This document shows positions 55,529-64,000 of a stretch of 64,000 bases of DNA, piece after piece. Under the pieces are notes generated by a model. It had not been told where the DNA came from. It did no database searches and saw only the letters and a program-made list of their open reading frames with translations. The stretch lies in the IMG/VR virus record IMGVR_UViG_3300042891_001180. One strand, written 5' to 3'. Position numbers and translations under genes: made by a program. Within the stretch, counting starts at the first letter, position 1; each line of letters starts with the position of its first letter. The stretch is from a virus.

Positions 55529-56053
55529 TTAGGTTTCATAATGACCCCAGATCTGGAGGGTATGGCGGGGGTAGGGGGCAAGGGGGGATACAGTGGTAAC
55601 CATGTGACCGGTTTGATCGGTATTAATGTTAATGCTATTGAAGTGGGGGAAGTTAACCCGAAGAACATTACTATCTTTATAAACAAATAAACCACCCCAA
55701 TTAATACTCCACTCAGGTGTTAAATATATGGTCGCACCAAAAATAGTACCACCATCAGGATGCATATTGATACCGGAGAGGGGGTGCCAGAGGTAGTGCT
55801 GAACGCTGATTTTGTTGCATCCCGGTACATGGGGTTTTATAAGGTTAATGACCCTATCCTTTAGGTCGTCGCTACAAAAGGCATGAGAAACGGTACCTAT
55901 AACGGCTCCCTCAGTCAGTGATTTTGGCCAGTGTAGGTTGCTGGAGCGCCAGGAATTACGTACCTCCATGCTGGTTGAGGATCTTAAATAATCCACCTCA
56001 TTTTTCGCCATATCAATGGTACTGGAATCTAAGAAATTATACAGTGTCTTCAT
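55529..56053 (-). CDS. Prolyl-4-hydroxylase-like 2OG-Fe(II) oxygenase
   Basis: HPD, TIYL...W...WGG, HMV, R.TLQ. Confidence 0.78.
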   Translation of the reverse strand: MKTLYNFLDSSTIDMAKNEVDYLRSSTSMEVRNSWRSSNLHWPKSLTEGAVIGTVSHAFCSDDLKDRVINLIKPHVPGCNKISVQHYLWHPLSGINMHPDGGTIFGATIYLTPEWSINWGGLFVYKDSNVLRVNFPHFNSININTDQTGHMVTTVSPLAPYPRHTLQIWGHYET

Positions 56054-56328
56054 AAGAATGTCTTTATAAAATTATTAACAATATCAGCCACCAGGGCGAA
56101 TACTCATTATAGAGTATAAACGCAATAAAGGCAAGCTTTACTGCCATAACAGAAAGAAGGTAGAGATACTGATTTATCACAACATCTTCCATAGGTGGAG
56201 TAAAAAGGCATAACCAAGCCCTCCAATCAGGAAGAGCATCAAAAGGCCAACGAAGGAGTATACGATGATGAAAAATGTACGCCAGAAAATTTTCCAGATC
56301 AATTCTAAAAAATCTTTTATTTGGTCCA

Positions 56329-56559
56329 TTACTTAAACATCGCTTTATTACGCCTATCAATCTCCCTGTCCATATCCATGATCCACTCTATAATGGTCCT
56401 GGCATTGTACTTGGTATCGTACCCGTTAACGCGGAGTTTACGGCGGCGGTCCTCGGCGTACCCGTGGAGGGTTCTGATGACGTTATGCAGATGGTTGGTC
56501 TCCATCTCTTTGATAGGGATATCGCCATTCTTGGATGGCCATGAAGTTAAACGTGACAT
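56329..56559 (-). CDS. Hypothetical protein
   Basis: W....G...I.EMET.HL.N motif; AAGGA RBS. Confidence 0.6.
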   Translation of the reverse strand: MSRLTSWPSKNGDIPIKEMETNHLHNVIRTLHGYAEDRRRKLRVNGYDTKYNARTIIEWIMDMDREIDRRNKAMFK

Positions 56560-56831
56560 AATAAAGTTCCTTTCTAGGGTTGTTCCACGGGGTTTTCCTA
56601 GCGCAAAAATTTTCTCCGGAGGGAGTTCTAGAGCAAAATTCTAGCGCGCGGAAATTTTTTAACATAGGTATAAGTAACGGTGCCTGAAACCTGGTTGATA
56701 GAGTAACTATACTTTTTTTTGAGAAAGTGAGTACTACTGTTTTTGTATAGGTGGGGCTGGGCCCTATACGGGTAGCCATTTAAACCGGGTTCTCTCTTAA
56801 GCGCTATCTTACCCGGTACCCCTTAATCTTC

Positions 56832-57026
56832 TTATGCTCCGAAATAATCGGCCATATCATCTACATCGGATTCTGTATACGGGACGAATGTAGTATCATT
56901 CCACTGCTCGGCCTGTAAGATAAAGCTATCGGCCGTACTAGGAGGTATACGAAGAATTCTAACGATTTCGTGATCGGTATAGCCTAGAGTCAACATCTCG
57001 GCCGCTTTCTCAATAAGATCTTTCAT
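56832..57026 (-). CDS. Hypothetical protein, possible HTH
   Basis: ORF track; GYTDHEIVRIL. Confidence 0.5.
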   Translation of the reverse strand: MKDLIEKAAEMLTLGYTDHEIVRILRIPPSTADSFILQAEQWNDTTFVPYTESDVDDMADYFGA

Positions 57027-57270
57027 ATTAGGCTTTCATCATAAACAAGAAGTAGAAGAAGATGGGGCCGCCTACTAGAGCAGCCATCAATAGGGCCTGG
57101 CCCAGTTCTTTAGCAAATTCTTTCATTTCAATTCCTTAATAAGAGCCTTAACGAATTCTCTGATGATGGTATCCGTATCCTTCATCTGCTCCATCGGATC
57201 CTTATCTAAGACCAGGACCACATTATCGATGAGCTTATTAACAGCCATCTTATCTATAGTACTACTCATA

Positions 57271-57603
57271 TCAAGCACCTAAAGAGGCAAAGGGGTTACC
57301 TTTAGCAGTCGGGGCATTAGCCAAGAAGGCGTCGATCTCAGCCAGCTTCTGAGCCTTCTTAGTAGAAGAGGTACCTTGAACGCTCTCAGAGACCTTCTTA
57401 TACTGAGGGGATACCTTGCCCATGATCTCGTCCACGTTATTAGCAGAGAACAAGATCTTAGAAGCTTTCGTATGATAGACGAAAGCATTAGAGCGGCTTA
57501 CGCCCAAGATGTTCATGATCTCGGACAAAGCCAGGGCCTTATCAGGAGTATTACGAACGATTGAAACTGCTGTCTCGAGGTTAGTTACTTTTGTCATTTT
57601 CAT
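57271..57603 (-). CDS. Hypothetical early protein
   Basis: Follows promoter 57634-57662 with AAGGA RBS. Confidence 0.65.
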   Translation of the reverse strand: MKMTKVTNLETAVSIVRNTPDKALALSEIMNILGVSRSNAFVYHTKASKILFSANNVDEIMGKVSPQYKKVSESVQGTSSTKKAQKLAEIDAFLANAPTAKGNPFASLGA

Positions 57604-57633
57604 TTCCTTATGTGTGCGTGTTAAGATGTATCT

Positions 57634-57662
57634 ATTATAAGCTATTTCTAATAACCATGCAA
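57634..57662 (-). promoter_or_regulatory. sigma70-like early promoter
   Basis: TTGCAT-17 nt-TATAAT. Confidence 0.72.
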
Positions 57663-58045
57663 CTGGTAGGGTTATTATTTACGGGTAACTATAACTAGTT
57701 ACTTTCCGCTGGCGCCAAAAGGCGTTGGAATCCACGGAGAGCGGTATTAAAGGCACATCTCTCTACAGACCCAAATTCATGTGGATAACGCTTGAAAAGC
57801 TGGAGTGTTTCCAGGATTCCAAGGCCCATCGATTCGGCTTCCTTCTGGACGATATCCAGAGCCTCTTTCTGGGTCATTGTTTCAAACTGCATCATGAGCC
57901 TCCACTTGCTTGAAAACGCGCAAGATTTCGGGACACGCTTCACGCGGCAGACCCTCTTCAACCATCAGATCGATGATGAAGTCTTCATTAAGATCACATG
58001 CAATAGCATCGGTGATAATCATGTGCAGGTTAGACATCTTAGACA

Positions 58046-58294
58046 TTATACAGACTCCTTTTGTTTAGCATCCATTACTTCGCAAAGAATGAACTTTGCA
58101 ACATTCATCTGCTGGCGAACATGCTCTACAGCACGAGGACCAGCACCCATTCCCAACATCTCTTGGCAGTCGGACAAAATGCCCATCACCACCATCTCTT
58201 GACCGGAGAACTTAGCGGTCAAAGATTCCATGTACTGAACACGGATCTGAGCTTCTGTCATTCCGTACATCTTCATTTCTGCGTAAGCTGTCAT
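58046..58294 (-). CDS. Hypothetical early protein
   Basis: MYG...ILSD.QE...RQ..N.AK motif; AAGGA RBS. Confidence 0.65.
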   Translation of the reverse strand: MTAYAEMKMYGMTEAQIRVQYMESLTAKFSGQEMVVMGILSDCQEMLGMGAGPRAVEHVRQQMNVAKFILCEVMDAKQKESV

Positions 58295-58306
58295 CTTAGT
58301 TCCTTA

Positions 58307-58471
58307 TTAATAGAGAGAGGTGATTTTGTTTTCGGCAGTTTCGAGAATGTCGAGAACTTCGTCGGCTAAATTCTGCTCGGAAGGCTCGATTTGAAACTGG
58401 CTAATTGCAGAATCGAGAACTTGGAGGAGGAGAGCGAGTTGCTCTTCTGTAAGCTTGATCGTAGTTTGCAT
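58307..58471 (-). CDS. Hypothetical early protein
   Basis: Probable start MQTTIKL after AAGGG RBS. Confidence 0.55.
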   Translation of the reverse strand: MQTTIKLTEEQLALLLQVLDSAISQFQIEPSEQNLADEVLDILETAENKITSLY

Positions 58472-58497
58472 AATACCCTTTCCGTTGAACATACGTT

Positions 58498-58526
58498 ATT
58501 ATAGTCCAGTTCGGACCAAACGTCAA
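58498..58526 (-). promoter_or_regulatory. sigma70-like early promoter
   Basis: TTGACG-17 nt-TATAAT. Confidence 0.78.
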
Positions 58527-58549
58527 CCTAATACCCTTACGTTACGGTT

Positions 58550-58613
58550 GGGTACTTTGCAGAAGTAACTAGTTAATTTGCATTTCATTCTGCATATATT
58601 ATAGTTACTTTTT
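58550..58613. repeat. 64-bp dispersed repeat copy A with internal inverted repeat
   Basis: Ungapped match to 61387-61450 (51/64 by hand); AAGTAACTA...TAGTTACTT. Confidence 0.8.
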
Positions 58614-58969
58614 AGGGAAAGCGTTTAAGAGGGCAGAAAAATACTATTTTTATTAATATAAATACATACCAATTTAAAATAAATTATAGTAAGTCATCCT
58701 TACTAATTATCTTTGATAATCTCTAATATCATAATCGTCTGGTAATTCTTCTATTCTACTGAATACTATATCGTTATTATCGATTATATCCTCTATCTTA
58801 CTGATCATTATCTCATCCTTTATCCCTCTAGAAGGAGATTCTTTATACGATTTTAGTAATGCTTTTAACTCTTCTTTATCGGTCATATTATTTCCAATCA
58901 CCGTTTCTTTTCATATCCCATAATACCGCCCCTATTACTACCACAATAAAGGTAATGAAGATAGTATCA

Positions 58970-59164
58970 TTATACGTCCACATCTATATACCTGCCTTTA
59001 TCCAAATCTAATCTCATATTTCTTTGTACTCTCTCGGCAATTAACCCATCGAAGTTTCTCTTCTCTACCAATTTCCGATAATCTTCTTCTCTTTTATGTT
59101 GATTATTGGCTCTTTCGGCCCTATCTAATTCGATATTGCGATTGTTTATTCTATCTATTTTCAT
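58970..59164 (-). CDS. Hypothetical protein
   Basis: Ends LDKGRYIDVDV. Confidence 0.55.
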   Translation of the reverse strand: MKIDRINNRNIELDRAERANNQHKREEDYRKLVEKRNFDGLIAERVQRNMRLDLDKGRYIDVDV

Positions 59165-59406
59165 AGCCTGTTCCTATACTTAATAAAGTTATTTAGACCC
59201 TCCTCGGTGCCCATACTATATTCTTTATTATCTGTATTTCTATCGATACCGGCATTAATGTTATAAAGTCTTTCTATTTCATTGGCGGCCTCTTCTAATA
59301 GATCAGATAATCGATCGGGTTGATTATCCTGTACTGATTTCCTAGTCGGTATCTGTCTACGGATTTCCGCCCTTTTTCTTAGCCGATATACTAGGTCTTC
59401 TGACAT
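59161..59406 (-). CDS. Conserved phage hypothetical protein
   Basis: LVYRLRKRAEIRRQI..RKSVQ...PDR..DLLEEAA. Confidence 0.7.
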   Translation of the reverse strand: MSEDLVYRLRKRAEIRRQIPTRKSVQDNQPDRLSDLLEEAANEIERLYNINAGIDRNTDNKEYSMGTEEGLNNFIKYRNRL

Positions 59407-59655
59407 TAATTAACTCCGAAACGTGCATTTAATATTTGAATCTGTTCGTTAATACAGGTATTATATTCACAATCATACAAGTTACCGGTATAGGGGTCAC
59501 CCCTTTTACTTATCTCCAGCTCCTTAATACAATCCTGAATGATTAACTTGCCGAACTTTTCAATCCATATATCGCCAAAGTTCTCACCAAAATTAATATT
59601 CTTGAGAGCGAACTCATGGGCTTCATCGGAAAGTAATTTAAATTGTTCGTTCATA

Positions 59656-59856
59656 TTAATAACTCTGATGTGAATGTCCGATACGGTATATTGGATTACC
59701 TGGAACGATTTCTTCAGTCTCAGGTGTATAGAGTTCCGGTAACATAATATCGGCAAATTCCCCATAACAGTAGTACCCAGACTCGGTTACTACTAATTCT
59801 GCATCTGAAGGCAACTTGCTTAATGCCTCTATCATTTCTTTTACTGTAATAGTCAT
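59656..59856 (-). CDS. Hypothetical protein
   Basis: TVKEMIEAL..LP.D motif. Confidence 0.6.
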   Translation of the reverse strand: MTITVKEMIEALSKLPSDAELVVTESGYYCYGEFADIMLPELYTPETEEIVPGNPIYRIGHSHQSY

Positions 59857-59857
59857 A

Positions 59858-60748
59858 TCAGTTCCCCTGAGTTAAAACGTATTTAGCGAGGTCTTTCCAT
59901 TGAGGATTACCGGTATTGGCAATCTTCGTAACGGCAATCAAGCTACGTAAAGACATATTAGGAATCTTACCTAAATTAGACTTCAGGAAGTCCAGAGCCA
60001 AACCCTTGGCAATAGCATTCACTTCCGGAAGAAACTCGTCGGACTTTGCAATCACTTCCATTCTCTCAAGCTTCTGAGCCTCAGTCATCGATAAGTCAAC
60101 AACTAAAGAACGAGTACGAATTGCCTGATCGATCTTCTCCAAAGCCATATTCGATACGAATACGATAGAGCCGGTAAACTCGAACGAGCGCGGCAGATCA
60201 TCGTCACGCATATCGGCGTTCCAAGAGATATAGCGCTTAGAATAAGAGTCCAAAGCACCCTTCAAGAGATTCTTAGCAACATCGTCTTTCAAGATACTAT
60301 CGCAGTCATCGAACACGATAACCATACCGTTATTCTCAAAAAGCGTACGATACAAGCCCTTAGCGGTCGAGTAACCCTTAACCACCGTATAGGACTTAGC
60401 CTTATTGACCTTTGCACCGATAGCAAAATTAGCCAAATCAGTCAGGTTCGTAAAGCCGTTCTTCTCAAGAGACTTCAAAACCGTATACGATTTACCAAGA
60501 CCGCCTTCACCGGTAATAACGGCCGAGGGCAAAGTCTTCTGAACGATCATATCAACCATCTGCTCAACAAAGCTAAAACGCTGATTGATACCGAACTCCG
60601 AAGCTACGGGAGCAGGAGCCTCTTTGAAAGCCAACTTCTGACCTTCAAGTTGACGCTGAACGTAATACTTACCGGAAGAACGGCAAATGGCTTTACCGTT
60701 AACATAACCTACGTATTTCTCGCCATCAAATTTAATTTCTGTGTGCAT
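59858..60748 (-). CDS. AAA+-like P-loop ATPase
   Basis: Walker A GEGGLGKS, Walker B VIVFDDCD, LLKGALD, sensor/Arg finger AIRTRS. Confidence 0.82.
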   Translation of the reverse strand: MHTEIKFDGEKYVGYVNGKAICRSSGKYYVQRQLEGQKLAFKEAPAPVASEFGINQRFSFVEQMVDMIVQKTLPSAVITGEGGLGKSYTVLKSLEKNGFTNLTDLANFAIGAKVNKAKSYTVVKGYSTAKGLYRTLFENNGMVIVFDDCDSILKDDVAKNLLKGALDSYSKRYISWNADMRDDDLPRSFEFTGSIVFVSNMALEKIDQAIRTRSLVVDLSMTEAQKLERMEVIAKSDEFLPEVNAIAKGLALDFLKSNLGKIPNMSLRSLIAVTKIANTGNPQWKDLAKYVLTQGN

Positions 60749-60773
60749 AATGTGTTCCTTTAAACGATGACCA

Positions 60774-60802
60774 ATTATAAGCTAGTTTCGGCGTTACGGC
60801 AA
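60774..60802 (-). promoter_or_regulatory. sigma70-like early promoter
   Basis: TTGCCG-17 nt-TATAAT. Confidence 0.72.
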
Positions 60803-60803
60803 C

Positions 60804-61031
60804 TTAAGCCGTAACCCTTGCTGAATACCAGCCTTCTTTCTCAATCTTGCGGTTAGCCCGGCGAATGGTGTTATAAGCTTTCTCAACGCCTGGGGTTGAG
60901 AGAGAGGCATGAATTGAACCGTTAGCCTGGAGGAAGGCTACAGCATCGTGCTTGGCTTTATAAGTCTTAAAGGCAATTGCAGGGATTAACATCTCGTAAC
61001 CGCCTGCTGGTGTGAACTTTACTTTATCCAT
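60804..61031 (-). CDS. Hypothetical early protein
   Basis: AGGAG RBS after promoter at 61057-61084. Confidence 0.6.
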   Translation of the reverse strand: MDKVKFTPAGGYEMLIPAIAFKTYKAKHDAVAFLQANGSIHASLSTPGVEKAYNTIRRANRKIEKEGWYSARVTA

Positions 61032-61056
61032 TTTCGTTTTCTCCTGTTGATGCCCT

Positions 61057-61091
61057 ATTATAGCTCAATTTTACGTTTCGTCAACCGTTAC
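61057..61091 (-). promoter_or_regulatory. sigma70-like early promoter with GTAAC box
   Basis: GTAAC-GG-TTGACG-16 nt-TATAAT. Confidence 0.72.
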
Positions 61092-61120
61092 GTAAAGAAC
61101 CCTTACTTTTTAGTAAGGTA

Positions 61121-61312
61121 TTAGGCTTCTACCTCAAAACTCTTACAGATAATCTCATTAATCAAATCTTCATTATAATCTTCTGCTTCTACATTATTAA
61201 CCAGTAATACACATAATGTATCACCATTATCAAATTCTAAACTATATTCGTTATTATCTACATTGCAAGTAATAACATTACCATTAACTACCACATTACT
61301 AATATTAAACAT
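61121..61312 (-). CDS. Hypothetical acidic Asn/Val-rich protein
   Basis: Probable start MFNISNV after AAGGAG RBS. Confidence 0.55.
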   Translation of the reverse strand: MFNISNVVVNGNVITCNVDNNEYSLEFDNGDTLCVLLVNNVEAEDYNEDLINEIICKSFEVEA

Positions 61313-61335
61313 CTTATCTCCTTTAAACATACGTA

Positions 61336-61372
61336 ATTATAGGCTCTTTCGAGCCTATCGTCAAGGAGTTAC
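61336..61372 (-). promoter_or_regulatory. sigma70-like early promoter with perfect spacer hairpin and GTAAC box
   Basis: TTGACG-ATAGGCTC-GAAA-GAGCC-TATAAT. Confidence 0.78.
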
Positions 61373-61386
61373 GTTACTGGGAAGAT

Positions 61387-61450
61387 GGGTATTGTGCAAA
61401 AGTAACTAGATCATTTGCCGTTTAAAATGCATATAAAATAGTTACTTTTT
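61387..61450. repeat. 64-bp dispersed repeat copy B
   Basis: Matches 58550-58613. Confidence 0.8.
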
Positions 61451-62082
61451 TATTGTCTTTCTGTGATTGAATAAAACCAATCATCCCCCGAAGTCCACTT
61501 ACGGGTACCATCTACTGTGTATAAGGTCTGGGCGGCTTTAAAATCAGGAAATTTTGTTACTCCTGAAATTAAACTCTGATCATACCACAAACATCTATTG
61601 TTAGGTTGGCATGCAAACTGACCATTTTCCAATTTTATAAAGTTAAAACTCTTATGCTCTTCCGCAACCTCTGTAAAACCTGTATCAAGATCCATACCAT
61701 CGGCACAGAAATCTACAGTAAACAAATAGTTACCATAATGCCATTCTTTGTCTTTTCCTAAAAATTTTACTCCTAAATTACGAAGACCTATTTTTTCAAC
61801 AATAGTAAAACTATAACCCATACAGTCCCACAACTGTAATGTATCTATTGGCAAGGTTCCGCTGAAGTTCTCTTGCCATACATAGGCATGAATAGGTAGT
61901 TTATCATAAAGAGCACCATAATTGGGTAACAGGCTTTCGATACGAAATACCTGCCCCCTAAGGGCTTTAAGACTGATCCATATAGCAGGTTCTAATTCCC
62001 CATGACCTTTTTCAAAGTTATAAAGAAATTCTCGTTTAACAAAACATTTTATAGGCGGCAATGACCCTATGACATAACTCAT
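61450..62082 (-). CDS. Conserved phage hypothetical protein
   Basis: GALYDKLPIHA, LQLWDC, YLFTVD, EHKSFN, QPNNR. Confidence 0.8.
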   Translation of the reverse strand: MSYVIGSLPPIKCFVKREFLYNFEKGHGELEPAIWISLKALRGQVFRIESLLPNYGALYDKLPIHAYVWQENFSGTLPIDTLQLWDCMGYSFTIVEKIGLRNLGVKFLGKDKEWHYGNYLFTVDFCADGMDLDTGFTEVAEEHKSFNFIKLENGQFACQPNNRCLWYDQSLISGVTKFPDFKAAQTLYTVDGTRKWTSGDDWFYSITERQ

Positions 62083-62102
62083 TATTATCCTTAAAATTTA
62101 CC

Positions 62103-62684
62103 TTATGCTAATAAAAAACCCAGTCGGTCTCCTGAAGGGCTATTATAGAACTCATCCTTCCATACGGGGATGATGGTTGTAGCGTTATGATTGGAGAAAT
62201 CATCGTTATACCTAAAATGCACCTCTATGACCTTATTACCTATCACCTCTACATTGAACCAGGGATACTTGTCTGCTATATCTTGTAATATTTCAGGCAG
62301 ATCAAATATCGTATCGACCTTGGTCCATCGACTGAATCTATCTAGTCGTAATGGATCGTTTCTGAACCCTTCGACAGCAAGTACCTGCTTACCCCAATGA
62401 TAGTCGAAACTAAGATGTCTACCGGTAAATACCTCGCACCAAAAATAGCCATTTGGAATCGTATCTGAATCTAGGTATTGAATCCTGGCTCCCATCGACA
62501 TCATCTTTAGATTCATAATGGGTCTTACCACATACTGGCCAGGATAGGGCGGTACGATACCAGCAGGGCCACATACGTATCCCAGTTTCTTCGAAAGAAT
62601 TAATTTATCTACACACCAGAGATCTTGTAGGGCAATGCTATCAAAGACATCAGCATCTCCTACTAACGGAACCTTATTCTCCAT
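62103..62684 (-). CDS. ATP-grasp-like conserved phage protein
   Basis: YVVRP..N, WCE.F.G.H.S.D, N.E.I...VIE.H.R. Confidence 0.6.
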   Translation of the reverse strand: MENKVPLVGDADVFDSIALQDLWCVDKLILSKKLGYVCGPAGIVPPYPGQYVVRPIMNLKMMSMGARIQYLDSDTIPNGYFWCEVFTGRHLSFDYHWGKQVLAVEGFRNDPLRLDRFSRWTKVDTIFDLPEILQDIADKYPWFNVEVIGNKVIEVHFRYNDDFSNHNATTIIPVWKDEFYNSPSGDRLGFLLA

Positions 62685-62874
62685 CTAACCACTTGGCTAC
62701 ATCTGCCTCGCCAAAGAGAACGAGTTCTTCCATCTCATAGACGAGATAGCAATTATTACAGACCGTTCTATAGTCAACCGCTCTGTTGTTTTCCCTGGTA
62801 TATGCCTTGGTAGAAATCGTCCATCCATCCTCATTATCCTTGGCCTTATGACCACAAGTGAATATAACTGTCAT
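62674..62874 (-). CDS. Small Cys-containing hypothetical protein
   Basis: CGH...CNNC. Confidence 0.55.
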   Translation of the reverse strand: MTVIFTCGHKAKDNEDGWTISTKAYTRENNRAVDYRTVCNNCYLVYEMEELVLFGEADVAKWLDGE

Positions 62875-63354
62875 TGATTAACCTCTATATTTAAATTGTA
62901 GATAGGAGTATTATCCAATTGCGATAGCCACAAGGCAACCCTATCTAAGACGTCTTCCTTATCGTTTGTTTCGTAAACGAAGTCAGAATGAAACTCATCT
63001 GTTACAGTTAACTTAAATAGAGGAATCATTAGAACTGCTCTCCATTCTCGTAAGAACGTAGTCTGCAACTGCAATCGCAAAAGGTCTTAGATCTTCCACC
63101 TTCACCCACTTACCTGAAACGTCAGTAGGAACTTTTTCAATAAGAACGTCTAAAATAGGTCTTTGTGCTTCCATAATCTCCCTCTTTCGCCACATATTAT
63201 TGTTCCATTGGATCGCCAAGTTCGTATTCGGTAATCTCTACCATTTCCCAGTCCAAGCTTTCGCGGTTAAATTGATCTAAGAGCTGAACAGCTAACTCTT
63301 TATTGCGGGCAATGTATCCGTTTTCATCACCAATTTTTCTAATTCGCCACATAT

Positions 63355-63660
63355 TTATTCTTTCTCTTGCATGAAAAACTCATCCAAGTGACCCTGAACT
63401 CGCTCGTCATCTGAAGAGTAGAATACATAGTCTCCAAGCACCGTCACGTGCTCTTCATCCACATACTCAAAGCCGCCATAGTAATCCAGGGTACGACGAT
63501 TATTTTTTCGAATAGCAATATTGTCTTCGTTAATAAAGACATCATAAGCCGCTCTTGAATCTAACCCGATCTCAGTAGGTTTTACTAATCGAAACTCATC
63601 ATCGATCAATTGCTCAACCATCTCGTTCATGAGATTCTTAATAGTATACAGATCAGCCAT
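63355..63660 (-). CDS. Hypothetical protein
   Basis: GLD.R...YYGGFEYVD motif. Confidence 0.65.
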   Translation of the reverse strand: MADLYTIKNLMNEMVEQLIDDEFRLVKPTEIGLDSRAAYDVFINEDNIAIRKNNRRTLDYYGGFEYVDEEHVTVLGDYVFYSSDDERVQGHLDEFFMQEKE

Positions 63661-64000
63661 TATACGTTCTCCAAGTTAACCAACATCATTTCGTTGTAGG
63701 TCTTACGAATAGCAGGGTACATGACCTTACCATCGTACTCCAATTGTGACTGCTCGTAATCAGTCATGAAGTCATCCTCGACCTTCTCGTAGCCAATAAT
63801 ACTGCTACGATAGTAATCGCTAGACTCATCGATGATGAAGCGGAGTTCATCTACGATCATACGGAGTTTCTTATCGGCAAACTCTTCGTTCCAGCGAAAG
63901 CCTTCGACGTCGACGATATAGTCGGTACCGCCCTTGGCTTTCCAATACTGGGGAACCTCCCCCTCGCCATCCCAATCATGGGCGCCGTAGTTCTCTTGAT
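63660..64000 (-). CDS. Conserved phage hypothetical protein (5' end outside window)
   Basis: Frame stays open to the window edge: QENYGAHDWDGEGEVPQYWKAKGG... Confidence 0.7.
   Translation of the reverse strand, partial: QENYGAHDWDGEGEVPQYWKAKGGTDYIVDVEGFRWNEEFADKKLRMIVDELRFIIDESSDYYRSSIIGYEKVEDDFMTDYEQSQLEYDGKVMYPAIRKTYNEMMLVNLENV

Noticed and set aside
56275-56779. Overlapping ORFs across the CTAG/A-tract region (56275-56544, 56321-56644, 56483-56779)
   Set aside because: No RBS or protein-like composition; only 56329-56559 is credible.
57376-58369. Plus-strand ORFs in the early region
   Set aside because: Antisense to RBS-bearing minus-strand genes in locally GC-richer DNA.

Overview
A 64-kb segment of a large lytic T4-like myovirus genome, AT-rich and mostly coded on the minus strand. 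Phasin-like and DUF3563-like genes suggest an aquatic Burkholderiales-type host (inference). Core genes are nrdA, nrdB (partial), primase gp61, helicase gp41, UvsX, polymerase gp43, RegA and clamp/loader gp45/gp44/gp62. Accessory blocks are: (i) a spanin-like pair; (ii) a ~10-kb late block (5.6-15.9 kb) of probable capsid-internal, protease-processed cargo, including a ligase-fold nucleotidyltransferase, a HIGH-family nucleotidyltransferase and Dps; (iii) an inverted plus-strand island (24.2-30.7 kb) of secreted/membrane proteins ending in a PlcP/LpxH-like phosphoesterase plus glycosyltransferase, converging on a PBP/DacC-like peptidase; (iv) an APS-kinase/HIGH fusion plus sulfotransferase between gp44 and gp62; (v) a 12-gene sugar-nucleotide/glycosyltransferase cluster abutting gp45; (vi) six tRNAs, a tRNA-like RNA and other structured RNA leaders; (vii) an early region of small ORFs with repeated sigma70-like promoter cassettes carrying phage-specific motifs. 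The best candidates for undescribed systems are the virion-delivered ligase-fold/HIGH-NTase cargo, the envelope island with its lipid-remodelling pair, and the glycan/sulfation pathway. All protein calls come from motif recognition by eye; no database search was run.
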